From the NCBI GenBank assembly GCA_002269645.1, contig NIVC01000044.1:62001-126000 (forward strand): 64,000 bases of DNA, in the 5' to 3' direction. Position 1 is the first letter of the stretch; each line of letters opens with the position of its first letter. The notes beneath the pieces are model-generated. The model did no database searches. It saw only the letters and a program-made list of their open reading frames with translations, and was not told the origin of the DNA. Shown here piece after piece: positions 23,614 through 36,290 of the stretch. Source of the DNA: Macrostomum lignano. Lineage: Eukaryota. Both the position numbers and the translations under genes were made by a program.

Positions 23614-26600
23614 TAGACAGACAGACAGACATACAGACAGACAGACAGACAGACAGACACAGACAGACAGACAGACAGACAATCGTCTAGGGGATCATTG
23701 TGTACACACTGCTTGAAACGATTAGAAATGCTACAAGTAACTGTTAGATTTAAGACTGACTGAATTCCTATTCTTTCAGTACGATCATTATTTATGTAGC
23801 GTAATTCTCCATTTTAATAATTTCTATAATTTCTAATAATTTCTAGTGTCTATACTCGTACATTAAAAGCCCAGACAAACAGCTTTTCATACATGTATAT
23901 AGCTACATCTATAGCTATAGTAGCTAAATACGAAGCGTTTTTGCATTTTTAATGAGTTAACTTAAGAAAGCATAAAACGCTAATTATGCTACTGATAGAA
24001 AGAAGAAGAGTAGGTGTTTTGCGATTGACATATCTACATGCAGATCTAGCATCATAGACTTAAATCTTCACCTCTTCAAACTCGAACACCTTCGCGGCCG
24101 CCTCCTCCCTGTCCCTGTCTCCTCGATCAATCTCGGCAGTCAGCCGGCCGTCTAGTTCACCAGTTCGGGCTTCTAACTCGCCAATTCGTCGTTCAGACTC
24201 GACAATTTGACTGCGTAGTCGGGCGCGCTCCGCCTCCCAGTCGGCTTTGGCCGCCTCCATCTTGCCGCGCCAGTCGGCCGCGCCACCGGCAGCGCCGGCA
24301 GCCTCCGCCCTGGCCGCGGCCAGATCCTCGGCTAGGCGACCATTCAAAGCGTCCTTCTCGCCAAGTTGTTCTTCTAGTCGGCGAGTCAGCGCCAGAGCGC
24401 CGAGGCATTCCCGGCGCCAGTCGCGCCTGCACAGACAGCAGCGGGCAAGCAACGACACGGCCAGCATCACTACCAGAGTGAGCAGTGCCAGCGCTTGACT
24501 CTTGGCGCTCATTGGTAGCCAAGCGGAGACTGGCACGGTTTCAACTAACTGAACTAGCCAATCTGGCACCATTGGCGAGGCTGCGTCAACTCCAGCCTTA
24601 GCCAGTCGGACAGCCGGATATCGGCCTGTTAGCCAGGTTAAGCAGCGACGCTTTGTCGCTAATTCGACATTGTTATCATCGACATCAGTGTCGCCAGACG
24701 ATGCATTTCCCTCCGACTCTTGCGCATTCGGCGGCTGCGGCGGAGGCTGCTGAGGCCCCGAGTCGGTTCGAGTGTAGCGACCCGGATCGATGCCCTGATC
24801 GGCTGATTTCTTAGAGTCGGAAGCTGCCGTTGATGATGAAGAAGGCGACGAAGTCTTGGCGCCTGCGGTTGGCGGTCCAGCCGTGTCAGAGGCTGGCGGT
24901 GGCGGCTTGTCGATTTGCTTTGCTGCTTCATCCGGTTTAGCCGGTTTTTCTTCTTTAACATCCTGATTTGGCGTCGGCTCAATTGAAACTGGTGGCTGCT
25001 CAGGGCCGGATGATGGTGGCGGCGAAGGCGGTGGTGGCGGCGGCGGCGTCAAAGGCTGAGATGAAGCCGGGGGTGTCGGTTGAGCAATCGGTGGCGCAGG
25101 AGTAGCCACGGGTTCGGAATCAACTTTACCCTGCTGTTTGACTTGGTCTTGATCAGGCTTAGCCTGTTGCGACTGAGTGTTCGGCAATTCTGGATGGGAC
25201 TGCTCAACCGAAGTGTTTTGGGACCCTGATTCCGATGGTCCCTCTTTCGACTGAGACGGATGATCCACCTGAGTCTTTGGTGGTTCTGTTGATGGACTCA
25301 GCTGCTGCGCCTGAGTCTTTTCCGAATCTGATTTGGATTGTTGCTCCGGCATTTTCTCTGGCTCTGGTTTAGGTTTCTTCTCAGTTCCCTGTGCTTCTGG
25401 TGGAAGTGGCTGCGCCTGAATCTTATCTGCGTCTAGTGAAGGTTGTTCCGACTGGGATTTATCTCCCACTGGTGGAGGTTGCTGAGCCTGTGCTTCATCA
25501 ACTGGTGGAGGTTTCTGAGCCTGTGCTTCATCTCCCACTGGTGGAGGCTGCTTAGCCCGTGCTTCACCTCCCACTGGTGGAGGCTGCTTAGCCTGTGCTT
25601 CATCTCCCACTGGTGGAGGCTGCTGAGCCTGTTTTTCATCTCTTACTGGTGGAGGTTGCTGGCCCAGATTTCTTTCATCTTTTGGTGGAGTTTGTTGTTC
25701 TTGGGTTTTTGCATCCTCTGAGGAAGGCTGCTGCTTTTGAATCTCTGGTGGCTGAGACCGCTGAGTATCTGATTGACTAGTATTCGTTTGTGCTACAGCA
25801 TCGGTGGAAGCTTTATCAACTGACTGTTGCGTTTCATTGCTAGGCAAATTTTTGCTAGACGGTGTCCTGTCTTTTTGATCATCCACTCCGTGTGATTGTT
25901 CCTCTGGAGAGCCAACGGATGCGCTTTTTTCGACACCAGAAGCTGCCCTGTCTTTGGATTCTTGCTTACTATTAGAAGCATCCTTCCTCTCATCAAGGAC
26001 AGACGACTCTTTAGCACCAGAAGAGAGATCACCCTGTGCATCAACTGCAGGCGATGCTGGAATGCCCGCATTAGCAGATGGATCACCAGGCGAATCGCTA
26101 GTTTTGTGTTCACTTTCAGCTGAGCTGTTGGCATCTTTCTTGTCTTCAATTTTGTCCTTCTTTTCATTGGCATCGTCAGGCGAACTTTTCTTTCCGCTAA
26201 AGAAAGAGGACACTGAGTCAAAAAATCCTTTCGAAACATCATCGCTTCCAGGTTTAGCTTCCTGCTTATCTACAGGTTTAGCTTCCTGCTTATCTCCAGG
26301 TTTAGCTTCAGGCTTATCTCCAGGTTTAGCTTCCTGCTTATCTACAGGTTTAGCTTCCTGCTTATCTACAGGTTTAGCTTCCTGCTTATCTCCAGGTTTA
26401 GCTTCCTGCTTATCTCCAGGTTTAGCTTCAGGCTTATCTCCAGGTTTAGCTTCAGGCTTATCTTCAGATTTAGCTTCAGGCTTATCATCAGGTTTAGCTT
26501 CCTGCTTATCTCCAGGTTTAGCTTCAGGCTTATCTTCAGATTTAGCTTCAGGCTTTTCTTCAGGTTTAGCTTCCTGCTTATCTCCAGGTTTATCTCCAGG

Positions 26601-27413
26601 TTTAACTTCAGGCTTATCTTCAGGTTTAGCTTCCTGCTTATCTACAGGTTTAGCTTCCTGCTTATCTCCAGGTTTATCTCCAGGTTTAGCTTCAGGCTTA
26701 TCTCCAGGTTTAGCTTCCTGCTTATCTTCAGGCTTATCTCCAGGTTTTGCTTCAGGCTTATCTCCAGGTTTAGCTTCAGGCTTATCTCCAGGTTTAACTT
26801 CAGGCTCTTTCAGGTTAGCATCCGGTGAAGATTCGGTTTCGTCATTTTGAATAGCAGTTGGTGGAGCCTGTAAAGTCTGCGTATCCGGTTGCAGCGGCGG
26901 AACATCCGGACTGCCAACAGGGCCAGGCGGCGGTCGCTCTGGCTTCGACTCAGTCTCGTCGTCGTCATCGTCTAGATCGTCGACACCAACTGATCTGGGC
27001 GGATAGTTCACCTCTATGAGATCATCGGAGTCGTATCTTTTGCCAACCTCTTTAAAATAAGACTTATCGAATAGGCCGACTACGTCGTTAAATTTAATTA
27101 GCCACAGGGTCTGCCTATCCCTACTAACGCCAACCTCTTTGCCTAATATTAGTACGCGAGAACCGGCGCTAACCGAGCGAAGATCGCCGTGAACAGAGCC
27201 AGCCGAGTTCAACACTCTGGCGGAGCTGACTGGCTCCGAGCAGCGTCTGTCAACGCACAGCAGACGATCTGGCAGATTTACACTGGCAGTTGGTGCAACC
27301 GATTGAATTAATACAATCAAACTTGGCGTTAGAAGCAGCGAGGCAAGCAACGGTAATAGCAAAGGCAATCTAAGCCAGCTAATAGAAAAAGCAGAAGCAT
27401 ATTCAGAGGACAT
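21126..27413 (-). CDS. MIA3: TANGO1 / MIA3 ER-exit-site cargo receptor, 3 exons, ~1561 aa
   Basis: Exons 27413-24072, 23322-22681, 21827-21126, all phase 0. Domain order: signal peptide, MIA-type SH3 domain (LLCVDRRCS...[11 protein letters not shown]), long low-complexity lumenal region, TM ([16 protein letters not shown]), coiled coils with the TANGO1-like [10 protein letters not shown] motif, and a C-terminal proline-rich PPPP domain. Confidence 0.88.
22240..22672. repeat. (CTA)n microsatellite, TANGO1 intron 2
   Basis: Seen directly; abuts the exon 2 donor. Confidence 0.95.
23513..23680. repeat. (CAGA)n microsatellite, TANGO1 intron 1
   Basis: Seen directly. Confidence 0.95.
26250..26805 (-). 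repeat. Coding 24-bp tandem repeat ([12 protein letters not shown] octapeptide) in TANGO1 exon 1
   Basis: tttagcttcaggcttatctccagg units in frame within the TANGO1 ORF. Confidence 0.92.
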
Positions 27414-27712
27414 GGCTAGGCTGTTGATGTTGCCTGCAACGTTGCTTCCGTCAGAGGCTTCGCTTTTAATAGCAGACTGTCCTTGCTGCTTTGGGTTCGT
27501 TTTCTTGGAAGATTGTATAGATTTCTTCTGCTGCTGCTCCTGCTGCTTCTTTTGTCTAGTTGATCTCACCAGCTTTCTTTGTTATCTTTTACTACTGTCT
27601 AATAGTAGCGCTTAGCGATACTGTACTCACAGCCCCTTGGTGGACTGCCGCTGGTCGGCTGAAAGGTGAAGTATTAAAATATCAAAATTCAATAACTGCT
27701 GTAAATATGAAA

Positions 27713-28763
27713 GATCAGAGAGGGCAGCACCTGTGTCTAACCCAGGGATCAGATAGGGCAGCAGCTGTGTCTAACTGAGGGATCAGATAGGGCAGCAGCT
27801 GTGTCTAACTGAGGGATCAGATAGGGCAGCAGCTGTGTCTAACTGAGGGATCAGATAGGGCAGCACCTGTGTCTAACTCAGGGATCAGATAGGGCAGCAC
27901 CTGTGTCTAACTCAGGGATCAGATAGGGCAGCAGCTGTGTCTAACTGAGGGATCAGATAGGGCAGCAGCTGTGTCTAACTGAAGGAACAGAGAGGGCAGC
28001 AGCTGTGTCTAACTGAAGGATCAGAGAGGGCAGCAGCTGTGTCTAACTGAGGGATCAGATAGGGCAGCAGCTGTGTCTAACTGAGGGATCAGATAGGGCA
28101 GCAGCTGTGTCTAACTCAGGGATCAGATAGGGCAGCAGCTGTGTCTAACTGAAGGATCAGATAGGGCAGCAGCTGTGTCTAACTGAGGGATCAGATAGGG
28201 CAGCAGCTGTGTCTAACTGAGGGATCAGATAGGGCAGCACCTGTGTCTAACTCAGGGATCAGATAGGGCAGCAGCTGTGTCTAACTGAGGGATCAGATAG
28301 GGCAGCAGCTGTGTCTAACTGAAGGAACAGAGAGGGCAGCAGCTGTGTCTAACTGAGGGATCAGATAGGGCAGCAGCTGTGTCTAACTGAGGGATCAGAT
28401 AGGGCAGCAGCTGTGTCTAACTGAAGGAACAGAGAGGGCAGCAGCTGTGTCTAACTGAGGGATCAGAGAGGGCAGCAGCTGTGTCTAACTGAGGGATCAG
28501 AGAGGGCAGCAGCTGTGTCTAACTGAAGGATCAGAGAGGGCAGCAGCTGTGTCTAACCCAGGGATCAGAGAGGGCAGCAGCTGTGTCTAACTGAGGGATC
28601 AGAGAGGGCAGCAGCTGTGTCTAACTGAAGGATCAGAGAGGGCAGCAGCTGTGTCTAACTGAGGGATCAGAGAGGGCAGCAGCTGTGTCTAACTGAGGGA
28701 TCAGAGAGGGCAGCAGCTGTGTCTAACTGAGGGATCAGAGAGGGCAGCAGCTGTGTCTAACTG
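27713..28763. repeat. 34-bp minisatellite (agggcagcagctgtgtctaactgagggatcagat)
   Basis: Seen directly, between the SMG7 stop and the TANGO1 start. Confidence 0.95.
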
Positions 28764-29202
28764 GAGTATTAAAAGATACAATAAGACATAGGCAAATAAA
28801 AAACGGACATTAACTTGTTGAGTCGAAAGTATTCATTCGACTTTATAGTTAATAATTAAGAATGATTATAAATAGGTTCTGCAGTTGACGATTGAAATAT
28901 CAAGAAACTGGAACTGGCCGAAGAGTAAAGCAATTATTTAATGAAAGCGATCCGATATCCTACTGAAATACATTAATCGCGAAGAACTGGCTACTAATAA
29001 GTAGGACAGTGCGCAAATATAGGATCAGCATCCATATATACGGACTAAGTGACAAAGTTGTTCAAACTTTAATTAGAGAAAGTTTATTAAAGTCTAGATG
29101 AAGTAATAAATCTCTATAAAAACACTTAGAGGTGCAAATTCTCAATTCTTAGAAAGCGGTTAAAGCGCTTTTCTTAGAAAAAATCATAAATAGATGGTTG
29201 AA

Positions 29203-32200
29203 TCAGTTTTTAGGCGGCCAATTCGATGGAAACTGTAGAGTGTTATTAAACTGCTGCTGCTGCGGCTGGTTCTGTATTAGACTCTCTAATGAAGGAACGG
29301 CTCCTATTGGCCAGCTGGGCGGACCAATCAGAGACGAGGACGATGACAACGGCGGCTGCGAAGGCAGAGTCGGCTGTTGCTCGGCTGAAGAGCGGCCAGT
29401 TGCAGCGGCGGGAGGAGAGCCAGGTGGCGGGCATTGGAACAGAGCAGCTGGAAAGATCGGTTCGGACTCCTTTTTGGCTAGAAGCGACAGAGTTTGTTGT
29501 TGTTGCTGTTGTTTTTGCTGTTGCTGTTGTTGTTGCTGTTGTTGCCCAAGAAGCTTTCTTTGAAACCGAGGCGGTAACTGCTGAATTCGATGAGTTGATT
29601 GCTGCTGCTGTTGCTGTTGCTGCAGCCTTTGCTGCTGATGCTGACTGGCGCTTGCCGACGAACCATTGTTAGAATTCGACTGAGATTGCTGCTCGGCCTC
29701 TGTGGCTTTGGCTGATGCCACTTGAGCTGCGTGCTCCTGCGGGCAACAGAGGGGTTGAGAAACTGCCGGACTGACTCTGGGTCAGTCGATCTGAGGTTGC
29801 CGGGTCAGTTTGGGGTTGCTGAGTCAATTTGGGGTTGCCGGGTCAGTCTGGGGTTGCTGAGTCAGTCTGGGTTGCCGGGTCAGTCTGGGGTTGCCGGGTC
29901 AGTCTGGGGTTGCTGAGTCAATTTGGGGTTGCCGGGTCAGTCTGGGGTTGCCGGATCAGTCTGGGGTTGCCAGGTCAGTCTGGGTTTGTCGGATGAGTCT
30001 AGGGTTGCCGGATGAGTCTAGGGTTGCCGCTGTGGGGCCAATCCCAATCCGGTGCCCCCAGCCACCAACCTGTATACTCCTAGCAATCTCAGACGACAGT
30101 ACAAGTTTGCCACGCGGCTGTGTCGACGAAGACGATGCCGAATCCTCAGCAGACGAAGTTGAAACTGGTGAAGCTGGAGTCGCCGAAGCAGCCGCTGCCT
30201 GAGCCGAAGGCCCGCGGTTGCTAAGCAGTGATTGCAAAGCTACATTATGCTGACGAGCATTGGGTCTCTTAGGCGGAGTAGTCGAGTGTTTCTCCTGTTT
30301 ATTTACAGCAGCCGGGCCGGCAGCGGCGGTGTCGGCCGGGGCGGTAAAGCTCCAAGCGGCAGTGGCGTCGCTGCCAGGTGCCTGCTGGGCCAGCAGACAG
30401 GCGGGCAGACTGGCGGCCAAGCGGAGGCCAAACTGGACGCAGGCATTGGCCCGGAGTTGGCCAATAGAATCAGAGGATAATTGAGCCAATTTCTGCTGGC
30501 TGGGCTTACTCTGTTGCTGCTGCTGCTGCTGCACGGATCGAAGCTTAGGAAACAGCGGCAGAAAGCCTTGAAGCAACTGCATTTCGGGCAATAATAAGCA
30601 TCGCTGTTCCCAATCGTTGCTAACTGATTGGCTGGCTTGATTAGCAATTAGAATTGATTGTAATCTATTGAGCAGACAGGCCAGCCGGGCTAAGCCTCGC
30701 TGATGCTGCAGGCTGGCGGCAGGCTTGAGATTGCACCAGCGCAGCAGGGTGTGCAGGCCCGCCAGCTGCGGCGGTGAGGCGAGGGCGGCAGCAGCGGCGG
30801 CCGCTGCGGGGATGGACGATGCCAGAGCTGCGTGGCTGATGTCCGCTAGGAGCTCCATCAACTGAGCGGTGGCTTGGCGTTGCAGCAACAGCAGCTCAGA
30901 GTTGTCGGGTTCGCCCTGTCCAACGCGAGTAGCGTGACTTTAGTGCAGGCTAAATGTACAGACCTCCCATTTATTCCCCAACAGTCAGTCCTGAAGCCTC
31001 CCATTCATTTCCCAACAGTCAGTCCTGAAGCCTCCCATTTATTCCCCAACAGTCAGTCCTGAAGCCTCCCATTCATTTCCCAACAGTCAGTCCTGAAGCC
31101 TCCCATTTATTCCCCAACAGTCAGTCCTGAAGCCTCCCATTTATTCCCCAACAGTCAGTCCTGAAGCCTCCCATTCATTTCCCAACAGTCAGTCCTGAAG
31201 TCTCCCATTTATTCCCCAACAGTCAGTCCTGAAGTCTCCCATTTATTCCCCAACAGTCAGTCCTGAAGCCTCCTATTTATTCCCCAACAGTCAATCCTGA
31301 AGTCTCCCATTTATTCCCCAACAGTCAGTCCTGAAGTCTCCCATTTATTTCCCAACAGTCAGTACTGAAGCCTCCCATTTATTTCCCAACAGTCAGTCCT
31401 GAAGTCCCCCCATCCTGAAGAACCCCAACAGTCAGTCCTGAAGCCTCCCATTTATTTCCCAACAGTCAGTACTGAAGCCTCCCATTTATTTCCCAACAGT
31501 CAGTACTGAAGCCTCCCATTTATTCCCCAACAGTCAGTCCTGAAGCCTCCCATTCATTTCCCAACAGTCAGTCCTGAAGTCCCCCCATTTATTCCCCAAC
31601 AGTCAGTCCTGAAGTCCCCCCATTTATTCCCCAACAGTCAGTCCTGAAGCCTTCCATTTACTCCCAGCACAGTCCTGAAGTCTCCCATTTATTTACAGAC
31701 ATAAAGCCACATTTACGGTCCCGATGATTGTCAAACATCCCGAAGGGCCCAGTCTCAATGACGTTAGTTTAGCCCAAAAAACAAACCTGGGCAAGCATCC
31801 TATGCATAGCAAATGCGTGAATGGCCACCAGATGCACGCAGTCCTCCCAGTTCGTGTCAGGCCGCAGAGCATAGGCGGCCACAAAAGCGTCCCACAGCTG
31901 CTTGGCCCTAGCAACATCTCTGGCGGCTATGAGCAGGGCGTGATAGTGCAGAAACAGCACACCCGGACGCTCGTGTCCGGATCCGGCCGCGGACAAACAG
32001 GTTTTGGCCGAGTGAGCCTGACTGGTCAGCAGTTTTTCAAGATTGGCTCGAGCGGCGGTGAACGGCGTGGCACAAGACATTGCTCGGATGTAGTGAAAGA
32101 ATGTGGCCACCTGGGAGGGGGCAAGGGTCGAGGATTTCACTACGGGGGAAATACAGATTAAACTGTGCCTGCTCACAGATTGCACAGTGCCTGCTCACAG

Positions 32201-34305
32201 ATTACACAGTGCCTGCTCACAGATTGCACAGTGCCTGCTCACAGATTACACAGTGCCTGTTCACAGATTGCACAGTGCCTGCTCACAGATTAAACAGTGC
32301 CTGCTCACATATTGCACAGTGCCTGCTCACAGATTGCACAGTGCCTGCTCACAGATTAAACAGTGCCTGCTCACAGATTGCACAGTGCCTGCTCACAGAT
32401 TAAACAGTGCCTGCTCACATATTGCACAGTGCCTGCTCACAGATTAAACAGTGCCTGCTCACAGATTGCACAGTGCCTGCTCACAGATTAAACAGTGCCT
32501 GCTCACAGATTGCACAGTGCCTGCTCACAGATTAAACAGTGCCTGCTCACAGATTGCACAGTGCCTGCTCACAGATTAAACAGTGCCTGCTCACAGATTG
32601 CACAGTGCCTGCTCACAGATTACACTGCCTGCTCACAGATTGCACAGTGCCTGCTCACAGATTAAACAGTGCCTGCTCACAGATTACACAGTGCCTGCTC
32701 ACAGATTACACTGCCTGCTCACAGATTGCACAGTGCCTGCTCACAGATTAAACAGTGCCTGCTCACAGATTACACAGTGCCTGTTCACAGATTGCACAGT
32801 GCCTGCTCACAGATTAAACAGTGCCTGCTCACAGATTACACAGTGCCTGCTCACAGATTACACAGTGCCTGCTCACAGATTAAACAGTGCCTGCTCACAG
32901 ATTGCACAGTGCCTGCTCACAGATTAAACAGTGCCTGCTCACAGATTGCACAGTGCCTGCTCACAGATTAAACAGTGCCTGCTCACAGATTGCACAGTGC
33001 CTGCTCACAGATTACACTGCCTGCTCACAGATTGCACAGTGCCTGCTCACAGATTAAACAGTGCCTGCTCACAGATTACACAGTGCCTGTTCACAGATTG
33101 CACAGTGCCTGCTCACAGATTAAACAGTGCCTGCTCACAGATTACACAGTGCCTGCTCACAGATTACACAGTGCCTGCTCACAGATTAAACAGTGCCTGC
33201 TCACAGATTAAACAGTGCCTGCTCACAGATTACACAGTGCCTGCTCACAGATTACACAGTGCCTGCTCACAGATTACACAGTGCCTGCTCACAGATTACA
33301 CAGTGCCTGCTCACAGATTAAACAGTGCCTGCTCACAGATTACACAGTGCCTGCTCACATATCAGACAAGACATTACAAGGCTTCCAAGCGCAAGCATTT
33401 ATTACCTGTCTATTCTCCTCCTGACTAGCCAATATAGCCAACTGGTTAAACGGATGCCCGTTACTAGGGCAGGTCTGCACTGCCCAGTTGTAATACAGCT
33501 TGGCTTGGTCCAGTCTGCGCTGATAGCGGCACAGGTCGCCCAGGTGAACTAGACAGTGCTGGCACAGGTAGGCCAGTGACCCAGCTGTTGGCCATTTGGC
33601 TTTGACTCGGAGTACCACCGGTTCCAGTACTGGACCGTGGGACTGGCGCTTGCGGCACGGCAGGCTTACCTGCATAGTCATTGGGATGCGATTTGAGTCA
33701 TTAAAAAACTGTGAGACTGATAAGCAGACTATGAGAGTCATTAGGAGACTATGAGAGTCATTAGGAGACTATGAGAGTCATTAGGAGACTATGAGAGTCA
33801 TTAGGGGACTATGTGACTCATTAGGAGACTATGAGGATCATTAGAAGTCGTAGAGAAAGACAACCAGTAAGAGTCAGAGTCAAAGTGTCCCAGCACTCAC
33901 CTGAAACACGGTACAGAGTTCGTGCAATAAGTTAGTATAAAACCCAATGCCATACTCAAGCAGAGCGGCCAGTTTTGCCTGACCAGACGAGCCGGCTAGT
34001 TTAGCTTCCCGCTGAGCAGCGGCAACCGGCTCCTTGAAGCAGACATTCCACAATTCTTGCTCGAATTTGCGATCCAATGCAGTCTCCATGTCTAGAAACA
34101 GCAGGCGGCTCAGGCTGTCGCACAGGGCCAGCCTATTGAGCCAGCCTGGCTGGAACGGATCCAAATTATTTGAAGTTGCCGACTCCGAGGACGAGGACTG
34201 CTGCTTCTGCTGCTGCTGCAAAAGCAGACGCTGCTCTTCTGCCAGAGCCAATAGCTGGCTGACAGGGTCTTTGGCCCGGGCTAGCAGAGTGTCTGATGTT
34301 GTCAT
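29203..34305 (-). CDS. SMG7: SMG7 nonsense-mediated decay factor (EST1/TPR domain), 5 coding exons, ~790 aa
   Basis: Exons 34305-33901, 33669-33406, 32110-31787, 30915-30070, 29736-29203, all phase 0 GT-AG. Motifs ALDRKFEQELWN, GFYTNLLHELCTVF, CQHCLVHLGDLCRY, PSNGHPFNQLAILA, FFHYIRA and LQGFLPL match the SMG7 family. No PIN domain, which argues against SMG5/SMG6. Poly-Q C-terminus. Confidence 0.9.
29770..30028. repeat. ~19-bp minisatellite (ggggttgccgggtcagtct), SMG7 intron 4
   Basis: Seen directly. Confidence 0.9.
30963..31693. repeat. 34-bp minisatellite (cccatttattccccaacagtcagtcctgaagcct), SMG7 intron 3
   Basis: Seen directly; reverse complement of the array at 34378-35265. Confidence 0.95.
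32153..33360. repeat. 22-bp minisatellite (cagtgcctgctcacagattgca/taaa), SMG7 intron 2
   Basis: Seen directly. Confidence 0.95.
33728..33845. repeat. 20-bp minisatellite (ttaggagactatgagagtca), SMG7 intron 1
   Basis: Seen directly, about 6 units. Confidence 0.92.
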
Positions 34306-34377
34306 AGCAACAATGCCAATCAGACTATAGATAATCCATAAGACAATTAAAAGTACATGAGATTAGACACTGCATTA

Positions 34378-35265
34378 GACTTCAGGACTGTGCTGGGGAA
34401 TAAATGGACTTTAGGACTGTGATGGGGAATAAATGGGAGGACTACAGGACTGACTGTTGGGGAATAAATGGGGGGACTTCAGGACTGACTGTTGGGGAAT
34501 AAATGGGGGACTTTAGGACTGACTGTTGGGGAATAAATGGGGGACTTCAGGACTGACTGTTGGGGAATAAATGGGGGGACTTCAGGACTGACTGTTGGGG
34601 AATAAATGGGGGGACTTCAGGACTGACTGTTGGGGAATAAATGGGGGGACTTCAGGACTGTGATGGGGAATAAATGGGAGACTTCGGGACTGACTGTTGG
34701 GGAATAAATGGGGGACTTCAGGACTGACTGTTGGGGAATAAATGGGGGGACTTCAGGACTGACTGTTGGGGAATAAATGGGGGGACTTCAGGACTGACTG
34801 TTGGGGAATAAATGGGGGGACTTCAGGACTGACTGTTGGGGAATAAATGGGGGGACTTCAGGACTGTGCTGGGGAATAAATGGGAGACTTCGGGACTGTG
34901 TTGGGGAATAAATGGGAGACTTCGGGACTGACTGTTGGGGAATAAATGGGGGGACTTCAGGACTGACTGTTGGGGAATAAATGGGGGGACTTCAGGACTG
35001 ACTGTTGGGGAATAAATGGGGGGACTTCAGGACTGACTGTTGGGGAATAAATGGGGGGACTTCAGGACTGACTGTTGGGGAATAAATGGGGGACTTCAGG
35101 ACTGTGCTGGGGAATAAATGGGAGACTTCGGGACTGTGTTGGGGAATAAATGGGACTTAGGACTGTGATGGGGAATAAATGGGGGGACTTCAGGACTGAC
35201 TGTTGGGGAATAAATGGGGGACTTCAGGACTGACTGTTGGGGAATAAATGGGGGGACTTCAGTAC
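34378..35265. repeat. 34-35-bp minisatellite (ggactgactgttggggaataaatggggggacttca), upstream of the SMG7 first coding exon
   Basis: Seen directly; inverted relative to 30963-31693. Confidence 0.95.
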
Positions 35266-35878
35266 TAACAGTTGGGTGTGCAGCAACTAGCTAATGACAA
35301 TAGCCATCAATAAAATTAAAACAGAGCACCAAAGCACACTTGAAAGTTCAGATTGCAGCTGAATATTTTGAACAAAGAAGCCTGTCGGATAATGGCAAAC
35401 AAGAACTTTCATGGGCATAAATTAGGATAGTATTCAGCCGTGTTAAGTCGCACATACAGACCATTAAGATCTCAAAAAAACTGTCATGAGCAGACAGATA
35501 ACTATCACCAAAATAAATCATAAATCATAATTGATATTTTTAGAAAGACAAACGACTATTAGAAAAGTTTGTAGAACCAAACAAAGCATTAAATTTTTGT
35601 GCCTGAAATTTTCATAGCTCGAAAATAATCGATCCCAAATACCAAGCGTTTGCTTCGGATACAATATTTTATTAGTAGATTATTATCTGCAACTTTACAC
35701 AGTAATCTAATACAGTATAATGATATTCACAGAATCCAAACCAATCTTAGGAATGAAGTTTGAAGTTTGAATTTAATATTTAATGACAAACATAAATAGT
35801 CATTATTTACTGTTGACACACTTCTAAAATATTGTTGGATGTGCGAAAATGTTACACAGTGCTTCCAAAAAATCTTGC

Positions 35879-36192
<314 letters not shown>

Positions 36193-36290
36193 TGGAATAC
36201 TTTTAATCATAATATAGTTACTACGGAATTTTGTGTATCATCAAAAGTATACGAATTATGCAAGCAGGAAAATAAGTTACAATATTCCAA

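Noticed and set aside
24060-27569. TANGO1 start at 27569 as given in the ORF track
   Set aside because: That position is a GTG; the first ATG (27413) is followed by a hydrophobic signal-like segment and the SH3 domain.
27713-28763. CRISPR-like regular 28-35-bp repeats (also 30963, 34378, 44670, 46003, 52180)
   Set aside because: Units are head-to-tail with no unique spacers, there are no cas genes, and the context is eukaryotic spliced genes.
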